A stretch of DNA of 64,000 nucleotides. It comes from Lama glama. Its lineage: Eukaryota. Location of the stretch: NCBI GenBank assembly GCA_028534125.1, contig CM052816.1:64730001-64794000 (forward strand). Direction: 5' to 3'. Below the pieces are notes generated by a model. It was not told the origin of the DNA. It worked only from the letters and a program-made list of their open reading frames with translations, and made no database searches. The position numbers and the translations under genes were made by a program. This document shows positions 11,901-25,339 of the stretch, one piece after another (the first letter of the stretch is position 1; every line of letters starts with the position of its first letter).

Positions 11901-14345
11901 GAAGGGAAAGGACTTACAGCTCCTAAAAAGAGCAATAAGGGAAAGACCCTTTTGCTGTTCTGGGGTGGTCTATGAGAATGTGATATTTGGAATGACTGTC
12001 ACCATCTTTTTCCATGAAAATGACAAAATAGAAATTAACTCAGAAGAAATTTTCCTACCTTTGAACTTCTTTTTCTGTGAGATAACACATTCTCTTACTG
12101 CTTAAGCCATTTTGAGTTGAGTGTTCTGTTGCTTGCAGATGAAAGCATTGTCCCTCATACTGTGACGTTCCCATCTGAAAAACAGAAAGTTAAGTGTTTA
12201 GTATCTTATTTGATATTTGTGTTGGTCAGTTTTGTTTGCCTAAAAGACAAGACTTATATTCTAATTTTCTGTAATTTACTAAGACCTAAGATGTAGCAAT
12301 AATTTTCTCTTTTCACAAATGCTTAAGAACTTCAAGCTTATCTTACCCTTGAAATAGGAGTTCAGTTTCCTTACATCCTAGATGTATATGCTGACTCGAA
12401 GATCTCTGGGATTTCACATCTGTTATAATTGTTTTTAATCACCAGAGGCATCTTTTCCAGTACTGACTGCACCTCCTGTTCCTGACCTTCTTGACCCGCA
12501 TGTCCAGGTGATATTCACTAATTGAATCCTTTGTCATGAATTTTATGCCTTTTCCTCATATTGTGGGTGTTGTCATGTCTGCGAACGGTTTATGAAGTGT
12601 TAAGAAGAAATTCCCAAACCTATCTCATCTCAGACTCTCCCCAACATCCTGACTGAATCCAAATCTCTCTTTAAGTAATTTTGACAATCAACCAGGTCTG
12701 CAACCACTGGTGAAGGGATATAGAAGGGAGGAAAGTTGTATTGACCAGATCCCATACCCAAAGTAAATGGTTACAAACCTTCTTGACGAAGTCAGCTATA
12801 TGAGAACACAATTTTATTTCTTTGTAGCTTTACTTTTAATTTTTAATAAAGATTTCTTTATTCTTTGGGGTGGTAGGAACCTATTTCAGTCAACTCTAAA
12901 TGTGATCACCCCTCTCTCTGTCCCTCTCAGGAAGTTAATAAAAGCTGATGTTTATCAAGTTAGTTGGGAGGAGTCCTTTGGTCCTCCATGTCCTCTGTCT
13001 ACATTGCCATCCCCTGAGATGTCCATGGTCCCATCAGGTCTCTGACCAGTAGTCCGTGCAGGTCTGTGTTGTTGCTAGTTACATGACTCCTTCATTTTCT
13101 ATAGCTCTTCTGTAGTGTTTCCATGTCAGAAGTACCCTCTGCTCTTGATTCATGCTGGACCAAAGGAAACTCTCTGGCTACCTAAGGCCCCATCAGCCAC
13201 CTGTTCCTGCTCTACCCAGACAACAGAGCCTGACCCCTTCTGCCCTCTGTTCCCATAATCCTACTTGGCACCTCCCCAGGGCTTTTTGCCCTTCTCTCTG
13301 AAGTCTGCACTAATTGCTTTTCCTCTGACTCTCCCCTCTCCCAAGCCTGAAGCATGCTCTTCTGTGCTAGGAGGCATGGAAACTTCAGAGGTTCCTCCCA
13401 GATCTTTTGTCTCTGCCCTTGGATTCTTTTGTATGGCTAAATGTCTAAGCTTTTGTAACTCAAAATTTCGGATAAAATTTTCTATTTCTTTGCCTTCTCT
13501 GCTGAGTTTTATTCCCATGGCAATTTGAATAACCTAGCTGATAAAAGAAATCTCAAGAAGAAACACAAGTTCATGTATATACGTATACATATATCTATAT
13601 CTATCTATCTAGATATAAAAGAAACATTAAAATAAAACACACATCATGTGTGGAAGATGTAAGAAATATGTTTTTGCTTTTGAGGTATGTGTATGTGTGG
13701 CTGTACTACATATGTGTACGTGTGGCTATACTACAGATGTGTGTGTACTAATTAACAAAACTGAGAATCTGTCATTTGAAATAAATTTTTACTGAGTCTG
13801 TTCACATTCTAGATTAACTTTCTTTTAATTTGAGTTTATAACAGATGACAAAGAGAAAAAGGGTTTAAAATAATATGCTGGAAAGTACACATTGCACAGA
13901 GTGGGACAGGGTTCCTATCCATTTATTCCATTCATATTGCCATAGCCCTGAACATTTCTGTATTTGTTCTTTTGCAATTGCCTTCACATTAAAAAACTTC
14001 AATTGAAAATGTCAGTAGTAAATTGTGATTCATCCCACCTCTGCTTCCCCCATTCTCACTCCACTGACCAAGCTGTAGCTGAGCGAGATTCATTTGTCTT
14101 CAAAACCATTCTTCACTGAATTAGTTACAAGTTTGATTTTTAGAGGCAGTAGACAAAGATTTTTCTCCCTTAAAGCCAAGTAAATGAAATTCTGAAAAAC
14201 TCTGAAGTTAATTTATACAGAATAGTTCAGAAACTGTTCTGAACCACAGTATCACTGAAATAAATATATAATTGCTAAAGTGATACTCTGAAGTAAACAA
14301 ACTACTTTTATTTGGATGAATAAATGTTGGTCATTGGGTGTAAAC

Positions 14346-14556
14346 CAGTGGTTCTCAGCTGGGGATGACTTTGCCCCCGAGCGGACATTTGGCAATTTCT
14401 GGAAACCTTTTTGGTTGTCTCAGCTGGGGAAGAGGCGTTCTTGGCATCTAGTGGATAGAGGCCAGGGTTGAAACATCCTGCAACGCTCAGGACAGCTCCC
14501 CACAACTGAGAGTTGTTTGACCTAAAGGTCGATGCAGCTCAGGTTGAGAAACCTTG
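14346..14556 (+). mobile_element. MER20-like hAT-Charlie MITE
   Basis: cagtggttctca...gacatttggcaatttctgga...tggcatctagtggatagaggccaggg...ttgagaaaccttg. 8-bp TSD gtgtaaac / gtttaaac. Confidence 0.88.
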
Positions 14557-17309
14557 GTTTAAACAGTCACTTCATAGGCATCCCTCTCGTTTTAATACAC
14601 TTAAAGTTTCTGACCCCCCTTTGCCCAGCCTCAGTCTTACTAGATTACTGGGACAGAACATGCTCGAACACCCAGATCTTTCTGTCCAGCACTCTGGTGC
14701 ATGACCCCTTTGACGCTTTGTTTCTATTTTAATTGCTGAGGGTGAGGGTGGGAGGGGAAGTAGTTCCAACGAGAAAACAGATGGGGAGGGGCTTTCACAG
14801 GAAGGGAACTCTTGGATTCATACCTAGGTGGAAGTTTCCCTAGCGATCTAAATTCTTACTGAAAAGTGCATTTCTTAGCTCAGGGTTTTTTGTTTTTGTT
14901 TTTGTTTTTTTTTACTTTTCCAAGATGGCAGAAATGGAGAACCCCCCTAGACTCTGGTTTTCCAGAATCACAACCCAGAGGGAAGCCACCTGTGATCCCA
15001 TGGGAAAATCTCACCACCCAGCTGACTGAGGTCCCATCACCCCATTCTGACTCACTGTTGAACTTCCCCCATCCTTTTCTGATGAGTCAGGGTGTGCTGC
15101 CTTTTCCTTTTGCCCTCCAGACTGACCCTGCTCAACTCCCTTCCACACCGTCTGCCTTTGAAGGAGTGTTTCCTGTATCAGTTCTCCAAAGTGCAATTAC
15201 TGTTTTGTGGAATAGCTTGATTTTGCCCTGTTCTTCCCTCCACCTTACTTTATACAAGGGTAAAGTTTAAACCACTACCTCAATATGAGCCAGACTTGGC
15301 TTCCCTCAGGCAGGTCAGCTCTTTTGTTCTTACCCTGTTATCCTCGCTTCCATCCGTCTGCTGCAACCTTCCTACAGCTCATTTCAGTTTATGTGTCCCC
15401 AAGCATCATCTGTGGCTTAGCCAGATCCATTCTTGCAGGTTTCCCGGACGTCTGATTTCCAAAGCAGAGATCAGTGGGGAGCTCAGAACCTCCCAAACAT
15501 CAAAAGAAAAAGGGAAAACCATATAGCTGTGTTCCGGGATCACACACATGCCCTGGGAAAGCCATATGCTAACGTTGCCCTCCTTTCCCCCTAGGAGAGT
15601 GTCCTCAGCATCTTTTGCAGGGTTTGCACAAAACCAGATAAGTGCTGTCTTGTGAGTCCTGTTGAGGTAGATCCCAGAGTGATCAGATCCCTCAAGTATA
15701 CTCTCTGGGTTCTGGTATTCGTATCTAAGTGGCTTTGAAGAAACTGCAGGTAAGCTGTATGCAGCAGGCGCATTTCTCACATTTGAACTTGACATCTTTA
15801 ATTTAGGTCTAAATAAGCTAGTCTGGGCAGATTAAGACCTTCCTTTACCAAATGACCCAGTCACCACGTGATACTGTCTTAAAACAAGGAGCAGAATTCA
15901 TGGGTCAGTTGCTGGGCAGTGGAAGTACCAGCACCAGTTTCCTATCAGTGAGCTCCTGCTCTAATCCTGCAACTTTGAAACCTTTGCATGTGGGCTAAAC
16001 TCTGGCAGGGAGCCATTTTCTTCCACCGTAATGGAGGTGTGGTGATTTGTCTGCTGTTTTTAAGTTTTAAGTCTCTGCTTCACATACATGAGAGCCCAGA
16101 CTTTCCTGGCATCTCCAGACCTGCAGTGTTTTGGCATTCAGTATTTTAAACAGGTCATGAAGGTCCTAGTTCTGCTGTTAGCTCCGAGATACCTCTATAC
16201 CTTCACCACACTGAATAAGTTTCTTCCCATCTCTGTGTACCATTTCTAGCAATCAAGTGTCTGGGTGAAGTCATGTTAAAGGTGGAGTTCTGGGGCGAGG
16301 GGCTGTGAGGTAGGCCGGGCTTTAGCTCAGGAGTAGCACTGTATTCACAGGACCACTCAGGTTACCCCAGATGCAATTGTTACTGTTTCCTAGACCAGTC
16401 CCTACAATGTAATGTTAGCATCCAGTCCATCACTATACCAGCTTACAAGGAAATTCTCAGCAGTTTGTTTAGTTCCAACAAGCTAAAGGGGTTGGGCTTT
16501 CTGTTCAGGCCCCATCCCTACACAATTGTGCCCATTCCTGCTCTTCTTGGAGGGCCCGCAAGTATTAGGGACTGTTGGACGGCAGGTTATCTATAAGTAA
16601 ATGTTCAGTGAGAGAGTCCCCACTCTAGAAGGCTTGAGCCAACAGATCCCATTTCCCCCCTCCAGCCCTCCACCTCACCTGCTTGAAGGACACCTTCCTT
16701 CCCATCTAGTGAGTTACTCCTCTGACGACCTTCTTCCTCCTTCTCCATCTCAGTCTTGTGTAGTCTTTTGGGTTAGAGAAACCAGCTCTTTTTGCTGCCT
16801 ATGAATATTACTGGTGTTCATTAGACTGTGGATTCTTTGAAGCTTTGTGCTTTAATGAGGGCTGGAGAGAGGAAAATGGCCTATGTGGAGGAAGTTGGGG
16901 GAAAAAAAGGGAGGCAGGAATTGCACAGAAAACAGAATAATACTTTGAAATGTAACTCCATCATATGCCCTATAACATCAGAGTCTTTCACTCTGACTGA
17001 ATAATTTAAACAGTATTATTTTGGCCGTTTAATTAGAGTAGTGGCTGAGATCTGTTACATTAGTGGTTAAGGGACTGGGAAAGTAGCTTTTATCATGGTC
17101 TAAAACTCTCCTACCAAAACAGTTAGAAAACATCAAGGGAAGTCATGTACAATCTGTGACATACCAGCTCCTTAAATGAAAGTAGTAGACTTTACTCTAG
17201 AGTTACTCCGTATACTGCCATTCAACTGTACTAGATAGAGTTTTTGGCTGGATATTTTCCGTTTAGATTGGTACAATTTATCTCTCAAATGATAATGTCT
17301 GATTTTGAT

Positions 17310-17510
17310 TGAATGTTCATTCTTTGCCAGATTCTGTGCTCTAAACTTTACACATACATATTATCTCAAATCGTTCTCAAAACAACTCTGAGTTTATTTT
17401 ATCTTGGTAGGTTGTGGAATTGCCATTCTGCACATAAGAAAATTGAACTTTAATTTTGTCCAGGATCACACAGCTAGTCAGTGGTGGGATTCAAACCCAG
17501 GGTTTCTGCT
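17310..17510 (-). mobile_element. MIR
   Basis: ttgtccaggatcacacagctagtcagtggtgggattcaaacccag. Confidence 0.7.
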
Positions 17511-17809
17511 CCTACCCCCTTATTATTCCTTCACTATAGAAACAGTCCACAGGAAAACCAGAGTCCAGGCTGACTCTGGCAAGATCCTGGCGTCACCACA
17601 GCGAGTCTTGAGTCTGAACTCAGCTTCAGGACACTGGATGCATCAGATCAGAGACTGTGCTGAGATACCACCCTGGACTTAGAAAGAGCCTCAACAGTAG
17701 ACAGATCTTTGAGGAACTGAGACTAAAATCCCTCTTTTGTGTTTATGTGCGTGTGTATATTGGTGTTTTAAGCAACAAGGTGCAGCTGATTCCATCCTTT
17801 TTTTTTCCT

Positions 17810-19030
17810 TTAAAATATTTTAATTTTTTATTTTTGATAGGTAGTATATTCAGATGAGTCAAAATCCAAACAATATAAGGTCTTCCTTCCACCCTCTTCA
17901 GCCCAGTTTGTGCCCCTTCCCTTCCCAATGGATATCTTTTCAGAGTTCCTTTTATGCTCATAAATAGATGTAAATTTATATGCTTACCCCTTTCATCCTC
18001 TTCTGTATAAAAGGTGGTTGGTTGAGAATTCTGTACCTTCCTTGGCTTTTTTCACATAGACATTTATCTTAGGTAGCTTTCCATGTAAGCACACAGAGAG
18101 CTTTCTCATTCTTATTTACAATGGCATAATATTTCCTGGTAATAGATGTATCTTTGTTTACTAACCAGTCCCTTTTTAATAGACAGTTGTCTTATTTCCA
18201 GTCTTTTACTGACTGATGCGATGAATAAGTTTGAATGTATGTCATTGTGCATATGTGCATGTATCTTTATAGGAGAAGTTTCTAGAAATAGGATGGCTGG
18301 GTTAAAAATATGCATTTATAATTTTTTTTAACTGATAATGCCAACTTGTTCTCACTAAGGATTATACTCATTTGTACTCCCACCAGCAATGTGTGAGTTT
18401 CCCATAGTCCTTCCAACCAGAGTGAACACATTTTTGGATTTTGGCCCAACTGATTGTTTAAAATGTTTGGACTTTAGCCTATCCAATGTAGTAAAATATT
18501 GTAGATTTCTTACTATAATTAAAGTTAAACAGCTTTTAATATGTGTAAGAGCCATTTGTATTTCCTTTTCTGTAAAATTTGCACATTTTTTTCTTGGCTT
18601 ACAGGTCACTTTCTTATCAATTTCTAGGAGCTCTTTATCTATATATGAGAGAGAGTAACACTTGTCTGTATTATGAACTGAACATTTTTTTTCTGTTTGT
18701 CATTTGGCTTTTTCTTTTTTTCCCTTGATTTTCATATGATTAAATTTGTTAGTCTTCTCTTATGTCTTATAGATTTTAAACCAAAGTTTAAAAGACTTTT
18801 CTACTCCAAGGTTATAAAAGTGTTCTCCCCACTGTTGTCATCTAGTACTTTCATGGCTCTTTTAAAAATTTTATTTAATTGTCTGGTCTACTTGGAGTTT
18901 ATCTTGGTTTGTAGTATACTTTTTGGATCCAACTTTTTTTTTTTCAGGTGACTATCTAGTTGTACCACACCATTTACTCAATAACTAATTATGTCTACTG
19001 GTTTGAGATGCCACTTTTATCATACACCAT
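17810..19030 (-). mobile_element. Old L1M fragment (3' region)
   Basis: Degenerate L1 motifs such as tactcccaccagcaatgtgtgagtttcc and ORF2-like EKEIQMALTHIKSCLTLII in ORF 18355..18609. Boundaries are approximate. Confidence 0.75.
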
Positions 19031-19415
19031 GTCATTTTTTTGCTATGGGAGGTACAGTCCATACTTCATATATGTTGTTGCCATAAAAGGGAAATAGATT
19101 CTCCTATGAAGGTTCTTAGAATCATTTACTCCTTTTGTATCTCGTACAGGCTGTCAGCCTTTTTCAGTGAAGTAAGCATTGTCCTTATGATGAAGATTCT
19201 TACGTTTGCAACTGTATCAGGGTTTAATGTGGTTCACTAATGTATGTACCCTCAGTAAGTTTGTTGTTTTGCCAGTTATTCCTATTTAATTTTTAGCTTT
19301 TTTAAAATATTGTATCACTAGAAAGTTGGCTTTATTTGTATCTGTAGATCATAAACACATTTCTTTTTTGTTTTACTGGGGAACACAGGATAAGATCCAG
19401 TAAATCCTGTGGAAG

Positions 19416-19479
19416 ATGGCCTTCAGTGATTTTACATCGAGGACCGTGCGTCTTTATGATAATTGGATCAAAGATGCTG
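19416..19479 (+). CDS. ELOVL7: ELOVL7 coding exon 1 (MAFSDFTSRTVRLYDNWIKDA + 1 nt); exon probably starts at 19389
   Basis: ATG at 19416 in gaagATGg context. Translation matches the ELOVL7 N-terminus. Donor G|GTAAGT at 19480. Nearest upstream AG is at 19387-19388. Confidence 0.96.
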
Positions 19480-20402
19480 GTAAGTAAACAAAATTTCCTA
19501 ATGGTGGCTCATCCTTCCTTTTTCTGTTAGGGTCTTTTTTTTTTTTTTTTTTTCCCTTGGGTTTTCAACTTATGCAATGATACAGATTGCATATAGGTTT
19601 CCTTAGGGGCCATCCTTCTCTGAAGGTTTACAGTAGGGCTCATAAATTCATTATTTAATTTAAAAACTATTTTGGAGGTTTTGTTCTAATGGTTTTTATT
19701 TATTTTTAAAATACTGATATTTTAATTTCTTTTCAAAATAGAGGTGTACCCATGCTACCTGAACTCTTATGATTTAAACTTGGGAACCAAGTAGTTTGGA
19801 TACATTTTTTGGGAATAGACTTGTTTGGAAGAACAGATCCCTTGCTTTCTAACTCTTGCTATTCATTATCAAATGCAGGAACCCAAGAAGGTCAGATAAT
19901 CAGTGTCCTAACTCAAGAGCCAAATAGATTCAGATGATGATGGGCACCTATTTAGTGTCAGAGGTACAAAATGTTTTAAAGTGAACTGCTTCTAAATTCC
20001 CCTTCTGCTTTTACTCATGGGTCTACTCTTAACTTTTTGTTAGGAATAATTACATTGAAAAGCTCAGTAATAATAGATCAGAAAAATAAATGACAAAAGG
20101 GTGGAGGTGAGTAGGGAGAGAGGAGAGTCCTGCAGGGAGGGTGAGGGAAGAAGCAGTCTATGCTCCCTTTCTGAGACGATGCTAATTTGAAGTTTTGGGT
20201 GAGGAGGGAGGGTGTGTAATGACAAGACCTAGATTTAAGTTTATCATCTGTGAGTCTCAGGTTCTTTGTTAGCAATGGTAAGAATGATATCACCGACTAC
20301 CAGATAATATGCATGAAAATGCTCTTTTATTTTGGAAGTGTGCCAACAAAGTGGTAGTGGTGGCTGTTCTAGATGATTGATAGAGCATTTGCATTTTCAA
20401 AC

Positions 20403-20498
20403 GGGGCCCTGGAGATTGAACCCAGGACCTCGTGCATGCTAAGCACTCTCTCTACCACTGACCTATTACCCTCCCTACCACTGACCTATTACCCTCCC
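20403..20498 (-). mobile_element. tRNA-Ala-derived SINE, copy 3 (no clear tail, 5' end tandemly duplicated)
   Basis: gattgaacccaggacctcgtgcatgctaagcac core. The 23-bp unit ctaccactgacctattaccctcc is present twice. Confidence 0.85.
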
Positions 20499-22004
20499 TC
20501 ACGCCACCTTCAAATGCTTTTAATGTAGCAAATCACTTTTTAAAAAAGTTTCTTCACATTTTTTCCTCCCTGTCAGGGTCTAGAAGGGTCAAAGTGTTCT
20601 GTGGTTAGGATTTACAACTTTATGAGAACACTATTAAGTGTAACAGGAAAGGTTTTTGCTTCTGCTTAGTGTGGTATTGATCTCTGAGAGCCATTAAATC
20701 TCTGGCCATCTTAGTCCAGTTTTACTTTGCTTATCCTGCAAAGGTCTGAGCCCAGGATCAAGTGCCAAGAATTTCAAGTGTATTCTTGGCTTTGGCCCTA
20801 ATCCTGAGTAGCCTTCGGGAAACCTACTGATATTCATTGGTTTTCTGAGAGCAAGAAAAGTGGGGGTCATGCATAGTTCTTTCATGTGGAAAATTCCACA
20901 GCTACAGAATTTTAAAAATGGTTTAATTAATACTTAAGCTAAAAGAGGATTTATTGTGATTCTGAAGTATGAAATGTCAATGTTTGAAATAATGCTGCAA
21001 TGTTTTTAGTATTAAAAAAGCAGCTTTTCTTGTATTTGGATAGTAATAATGATGACTTTTCAGACTTAGTTGTGATCTTTGTGCAAGAAGATGGAGTCTG
21101 AGTAAGATTGCTGCCACTTTGAACCTTTAATACTTTACAAAGTCCCAGAGGAACATGTTTTCTTTTCCTTCCAGCTTCTGCATCGTCTTGGTGCTTGGAA
21201 TTTTAAAGGGTGTACTCTCTGAGCTAGTGCATGCCACTTAAGAGAACACCCTCGTACAAGCAGCGGATGGAAAAGTTCATTAATATTCTATATATGTGGC
21301 CCTTGTACTCCCCTGTACTCTCTTCCTGGAACTCTCTTAGAAAAGAATTATCAGGCTAGTAATAAGTCAGAACTTGGATGATCACTGAGATATGGACTGT
21401 CAGGCAGCCTGCCTGCCCATCCTCTGCTTTCCTCTCGGCTCTGCTCGTAACACTGCCACCCAACTTGGATGCTAAAGGGAAGGTACAGGAAGTTCTCCCA
21501 TCCTCAACAGTCTCTTGTCTCTAGGAAATTCAGTGCTCGCTTCACCCTGAACCTTTTGTAATTTGTGGGATCACAGACTGAGGCAGACAACTTTAAATGT
21601 TGTTGAGCAGTCCTTTCTACAGCCCCTTTGTCAAGTCAGCACCCACATCCAACTTGCAACTTGCAGACATCCCATCGTAGGGTGCCCCCTGCCTCACAGG
21701 GGAGTGGGCTCCCTATTCAGAGAGGTATCACTGCTGCCAAGAGAGAAGGCAGGAAACATGAACAGTCCTCAGAGTCACAGACATCATATTAAAGACTTTA
21801 AATTTGATTTGCTCAGTAGGGAGAGCTAATTTAAGCAGAGGGATAATCTGAGCAAAGCTGTACTTCTAGAAAGTGAATTTGATGCTTGCATAGAAGACAG
21901 GATGCAGCAGATTGGATCAGGAAGCAGGGAAACCACAGAAAAGACTGCAGAGCACTGAGCGAGGGACACTGAGGCCGTCAGCATAAGTGAAGGAAACACT
22001 GAAC

Positions 22005-22188
22005 CCTCAGTTCATAACACGAAGGGTTCATCATGGTCACCTTGGCAGCTTTTTTCAAAATGTGTTTGCCTGGGACGCATACCCTAGGATTCTGATTTGG
22101 CTGGATCAGGACCTTTTTTTTCACCCCCGTTTGATTTTCAAACATTCCCAAGGTGATTCTGCTGTGCTGACAGAATTGAGATCTGCTG
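22005..22188. mobile_element. MER5-like MITE
   Basis: ggattctgattt...aaacattcccaaggtgattctg...ttgagatctgctg. Confidence 0.55.
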
Positions 22189-22189
22189 A

Positions 22190-22400
22190 GATAATAGTAG
22201 ATAGCTTACTGAGCACTTAGATTGTGCCAGGCTCTTTACATGTAATCAGTCACTAAATCCTCTACAAGATGAATGCTGTTTCATGCCCAAATCACAGATG
22301 AGGAAACAGAGCACAGAGAGGTTAAGTCATTGGCCCCAGGTCACATAATCAGTCAGTGAACCAGGATCGGAGTGCCAACTGGCACACTCCAGAGCTTTGG
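22190..22400 (-). mobile_element. MIR
   Basis: acagatgaggaaacagagcacagagaggttaagtcattggccccaggtcaca. Confidence 0.85.
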
Positions 22401-23399
22401 TGAAATAGGATTAAAAACCTTGGTGTTTTGTTCTGTTATTTCTTTGAAAATAACATGAAATTTAATTAACCAGCTTTTCCCAAAAGATAAGATTTTTAAA
22501 AAGTCTATAGAACTTGAAAGTCACACTCAGAGTCTTAAAAAAAAAAGTTTGCTTAAAATGTTAAATTACAGGAAAAAGTGATTTATTTAAATTATTTTCT
22601 TCTGCTTCCTGAGCCAGCCCAGCATGCTTTTCCTGGCTTTTTTTTTTTCCTACTGCCAGTGGAAGAACAGAAAGATAATGTCATTTGATATCTACCCCTC
22701 AACCCCGCCCCTGCTGAGCCAATAAAAGAGTAAAATAAAGTATCTCTAATTCAGGAATTCCTTTACTGACAAAAGGGAAAAAAACTAGCTTTCAATCATA
22801 CCTGTGATGTCTATTAATAAGAGAACCATTTAAAATTTCTTATAAAGAGAAAGAAAAAAATCATCTATATTGTCACCATCCAAAGGTGATAATGTTACCA
22901 TCCTTCTACAAGTCGTCTTTTGGTACTGGTTTTAAGTCCTTACTTCGTTGGAGATAAAAACTAGACATTTTAATATGGCTTATGATATTCATATATCTAA
23001 GGTTTGGATTACCCACTGTTGGAAGAAATCGATCAAAGTTTGATCAGTTCTAATTCTATCCCTTGGTCTCCAGTTTTGTGGGAACTTTTCTTTACTGAGA
23101 CTTCCCTGGTGAGTTACGGGCCTGTGGCTAGGGCTCCTTGTGACCTTTTTAATTGTACTTGGCACCCATATATCCTGGGAAACTTGTTAAAAGGAAGAAG
23201 GGGAACTAATAGAAGCAATAAAAGACCTGGGTGATGTGTACCTGGGGGGGGTTGATTTCAAAGCTTTTCCTGATTTAAAACTGTGACGATCTTGATATAA
23301 ATTTTTTTCAAATTTTGAGAACTTTGTGTTCATATGAACATCAGCAAACTTTTGCTGAGTTTCCTTTTTGTGCATGAAACTTTACTGAAAGTGTTCCTG

Positions 23400-24060
23400 C
23401 TGAGAGCATCAATCCGGAGACACTTCTCAGCCCACATTTTCCTTTACCTCTCTGCCACATTTGATACCTTGACTCTTTTCAGAAGTTCACCCTTCCCCTG
23501 GTTCCAAGATTCCTCACTTTTGTGGTTTTCCTTCTACCTCTTTGGCTGCTCCTTCCCAGTCTTCTCTAGTTTCCTCTTCTACCACTCCTCCTTTGAATGT
23601 TGAGTCCTCAAGATTCTGACTTCAGTCACTTACTCTCCTTGCTCTGCCCACTTTTCCTAAGCTAGATTCACTCCTTTTTTGGGTTCATCTTTTATGTGAT
23701 GACAACCTCCAAAGCTATATCTCTGGCCCAGATCTCTCTCCTAATTCCAGATCCATATATCCAGGTGCCTTTGGGGGTCTCCCTATGAATGTTTTACAGG
23801 CACCCCAGGTGTAAAATGTTCTATAACATAAGCCATCTCTCCCTGACCAGTCTTGTTCCTTACCTTGTATTCCTAATCTCAGTAACAGCAGAGTTATCTA
23901 AACAAAACAAAACAAAACAAAACAAAAACTCAATGTTTTCCTTCACCTCCACCTGTCTCTCATTCCCCATACTTGACTGTTTATACAATGTTGTATTTTC
24001 TGCCTCCTTACTAGATCTCGAAGTGATCTGATCCTGTTGCTCTTCTCCTATCATTGCTTA
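23400..24060 (+). mobile_element. L2 fragment
   Basis: cctctctgccacatttgatac...tccttcccagtc...ctccaaagctatatctctggcccagatctctctcct...ccatatatcca. Confidence 0.75.
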
Positions 24061-24102
24061 ATTTTGATGGTTCATTTATACATTTATTTTAGCAAAGAGG
24101 GC

Positions 24103-24391
24103 TATCTTTCCTAAAGTGTGTTCCACAGAGCGTTAGTTCCACAAGGTGTTAAATGGTATTCTACCAAAAAAAAAAAAAAAAAAAGAAAGAAATCAGGGCT
24201 CCATGGCCAAGGAAGTTTGAGGAATGCTGCATACCACCATCCTCATCTTAGCAATTCACGACAAACACGATGCACTAAGAAATCCTGCAAAAAAGCACCT
24301 TGTTTAACTTAGCATTCCTAGTAGCCTTTCCCCACTTTTTGTGGAAAGACTTTAAATATCTTTCTTACATTGCATATTTTGGAACATGCTT
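24103..24391. mobile_element. hAT-Charlie (Charlie4-like) DNA transposon remnant
   Basis: aaagtgtgttccacagagcgttagttcc...gggctccatggccaaggaagtttgaggaatgctgcatac. Confidence 0.6.
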
Positions 24392-25339
24392 AGACAGGAT
24401 ACAAGATAAGGAACAAACTCATTTTTCTCCCAAGTATTTTGTCTCCTTTTCTCTCCCTACTTGTTTATGGGACTTTCTTTATCATATTTTAAATTTCTAA
24501 ATATTTTCGGGTCCATCTTAGAGCTGACTTTGAGCTTATTTATTTTGAGATAGGGCATCTGTCAGTATTTTTGAGGGAAGTCCATTTCAGTATGGAATAA
24601 ACCATCATTAATAGCTGCAGCCATATCCAAGATCACTTAGGAATCAAATGTGAGCTTTCCAGCAATAAAATTGAGGCCAAGTGAGTCATCAATCATGGAG
24701 TCTATTGAAGAAATTTTTGCATTGGGTAAGAAGCCAGATTTTAAAGGATATTTCAGTGTTTTTCAGTAATTGGTTATATCACTAGCAATGAGCAAGGGCT
24801 ATATTTGCCCACTCTTCTTTTCCAGGTAACAAGGGTGATGGTAAATAGCAACCTAAGGTTAGTCAAGACTCAGTTTTGAGTCAGATGCACCTAGAAACGT
24901 GTCCATACTTCCTTTCCTTTGTACTATTCTGGCTTCATGAGACAATTTAGGAAAATTGCATGTGAACTTCTTAAGGTTATAGAATTAATCACATTTCCTC
25001 TTGAGTTGCAATTTTTAATTGGTCTAATTCTCCTGGCTTGGAACTAGCAGTGACCGTAGGAATTTCTTTTTAACAATTGTGAGGCTATTATGTTTTTTGT
25101 TTGTTTTTGTTTTTTTGCTTAAAATGTCAGGTTGGTTTGCCCACACTTTAGATACTTAAATGATGCTAATGTCCCTTTCAGTTCTATGACACAGTATATA
25201 TGGAAATGTCCCACTTTTCCTGGGGGAAGAAGAAAGTTAAGAAATAGCAAACCTGGACATAGTTTTATGTATAAAAGAATGTCTGGATGGAGAACCTTGA
25301 CATATTACTTATGGTTGTAGATGGATGGTAAAACTTTAC

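Noticed and set aside
12683..12690. Perfect miR-219 8mer GACAATCA
   Set aside because: It is intronic, within a probable MER5 remnant, and not in mature mRNA.
14866..15795. Longest non-repeat ORFs (134 aa + and 129 aa -)
   Set aside because: No recognisable domain or exon structure. Lengths are within chance expectation for intronic DNA.
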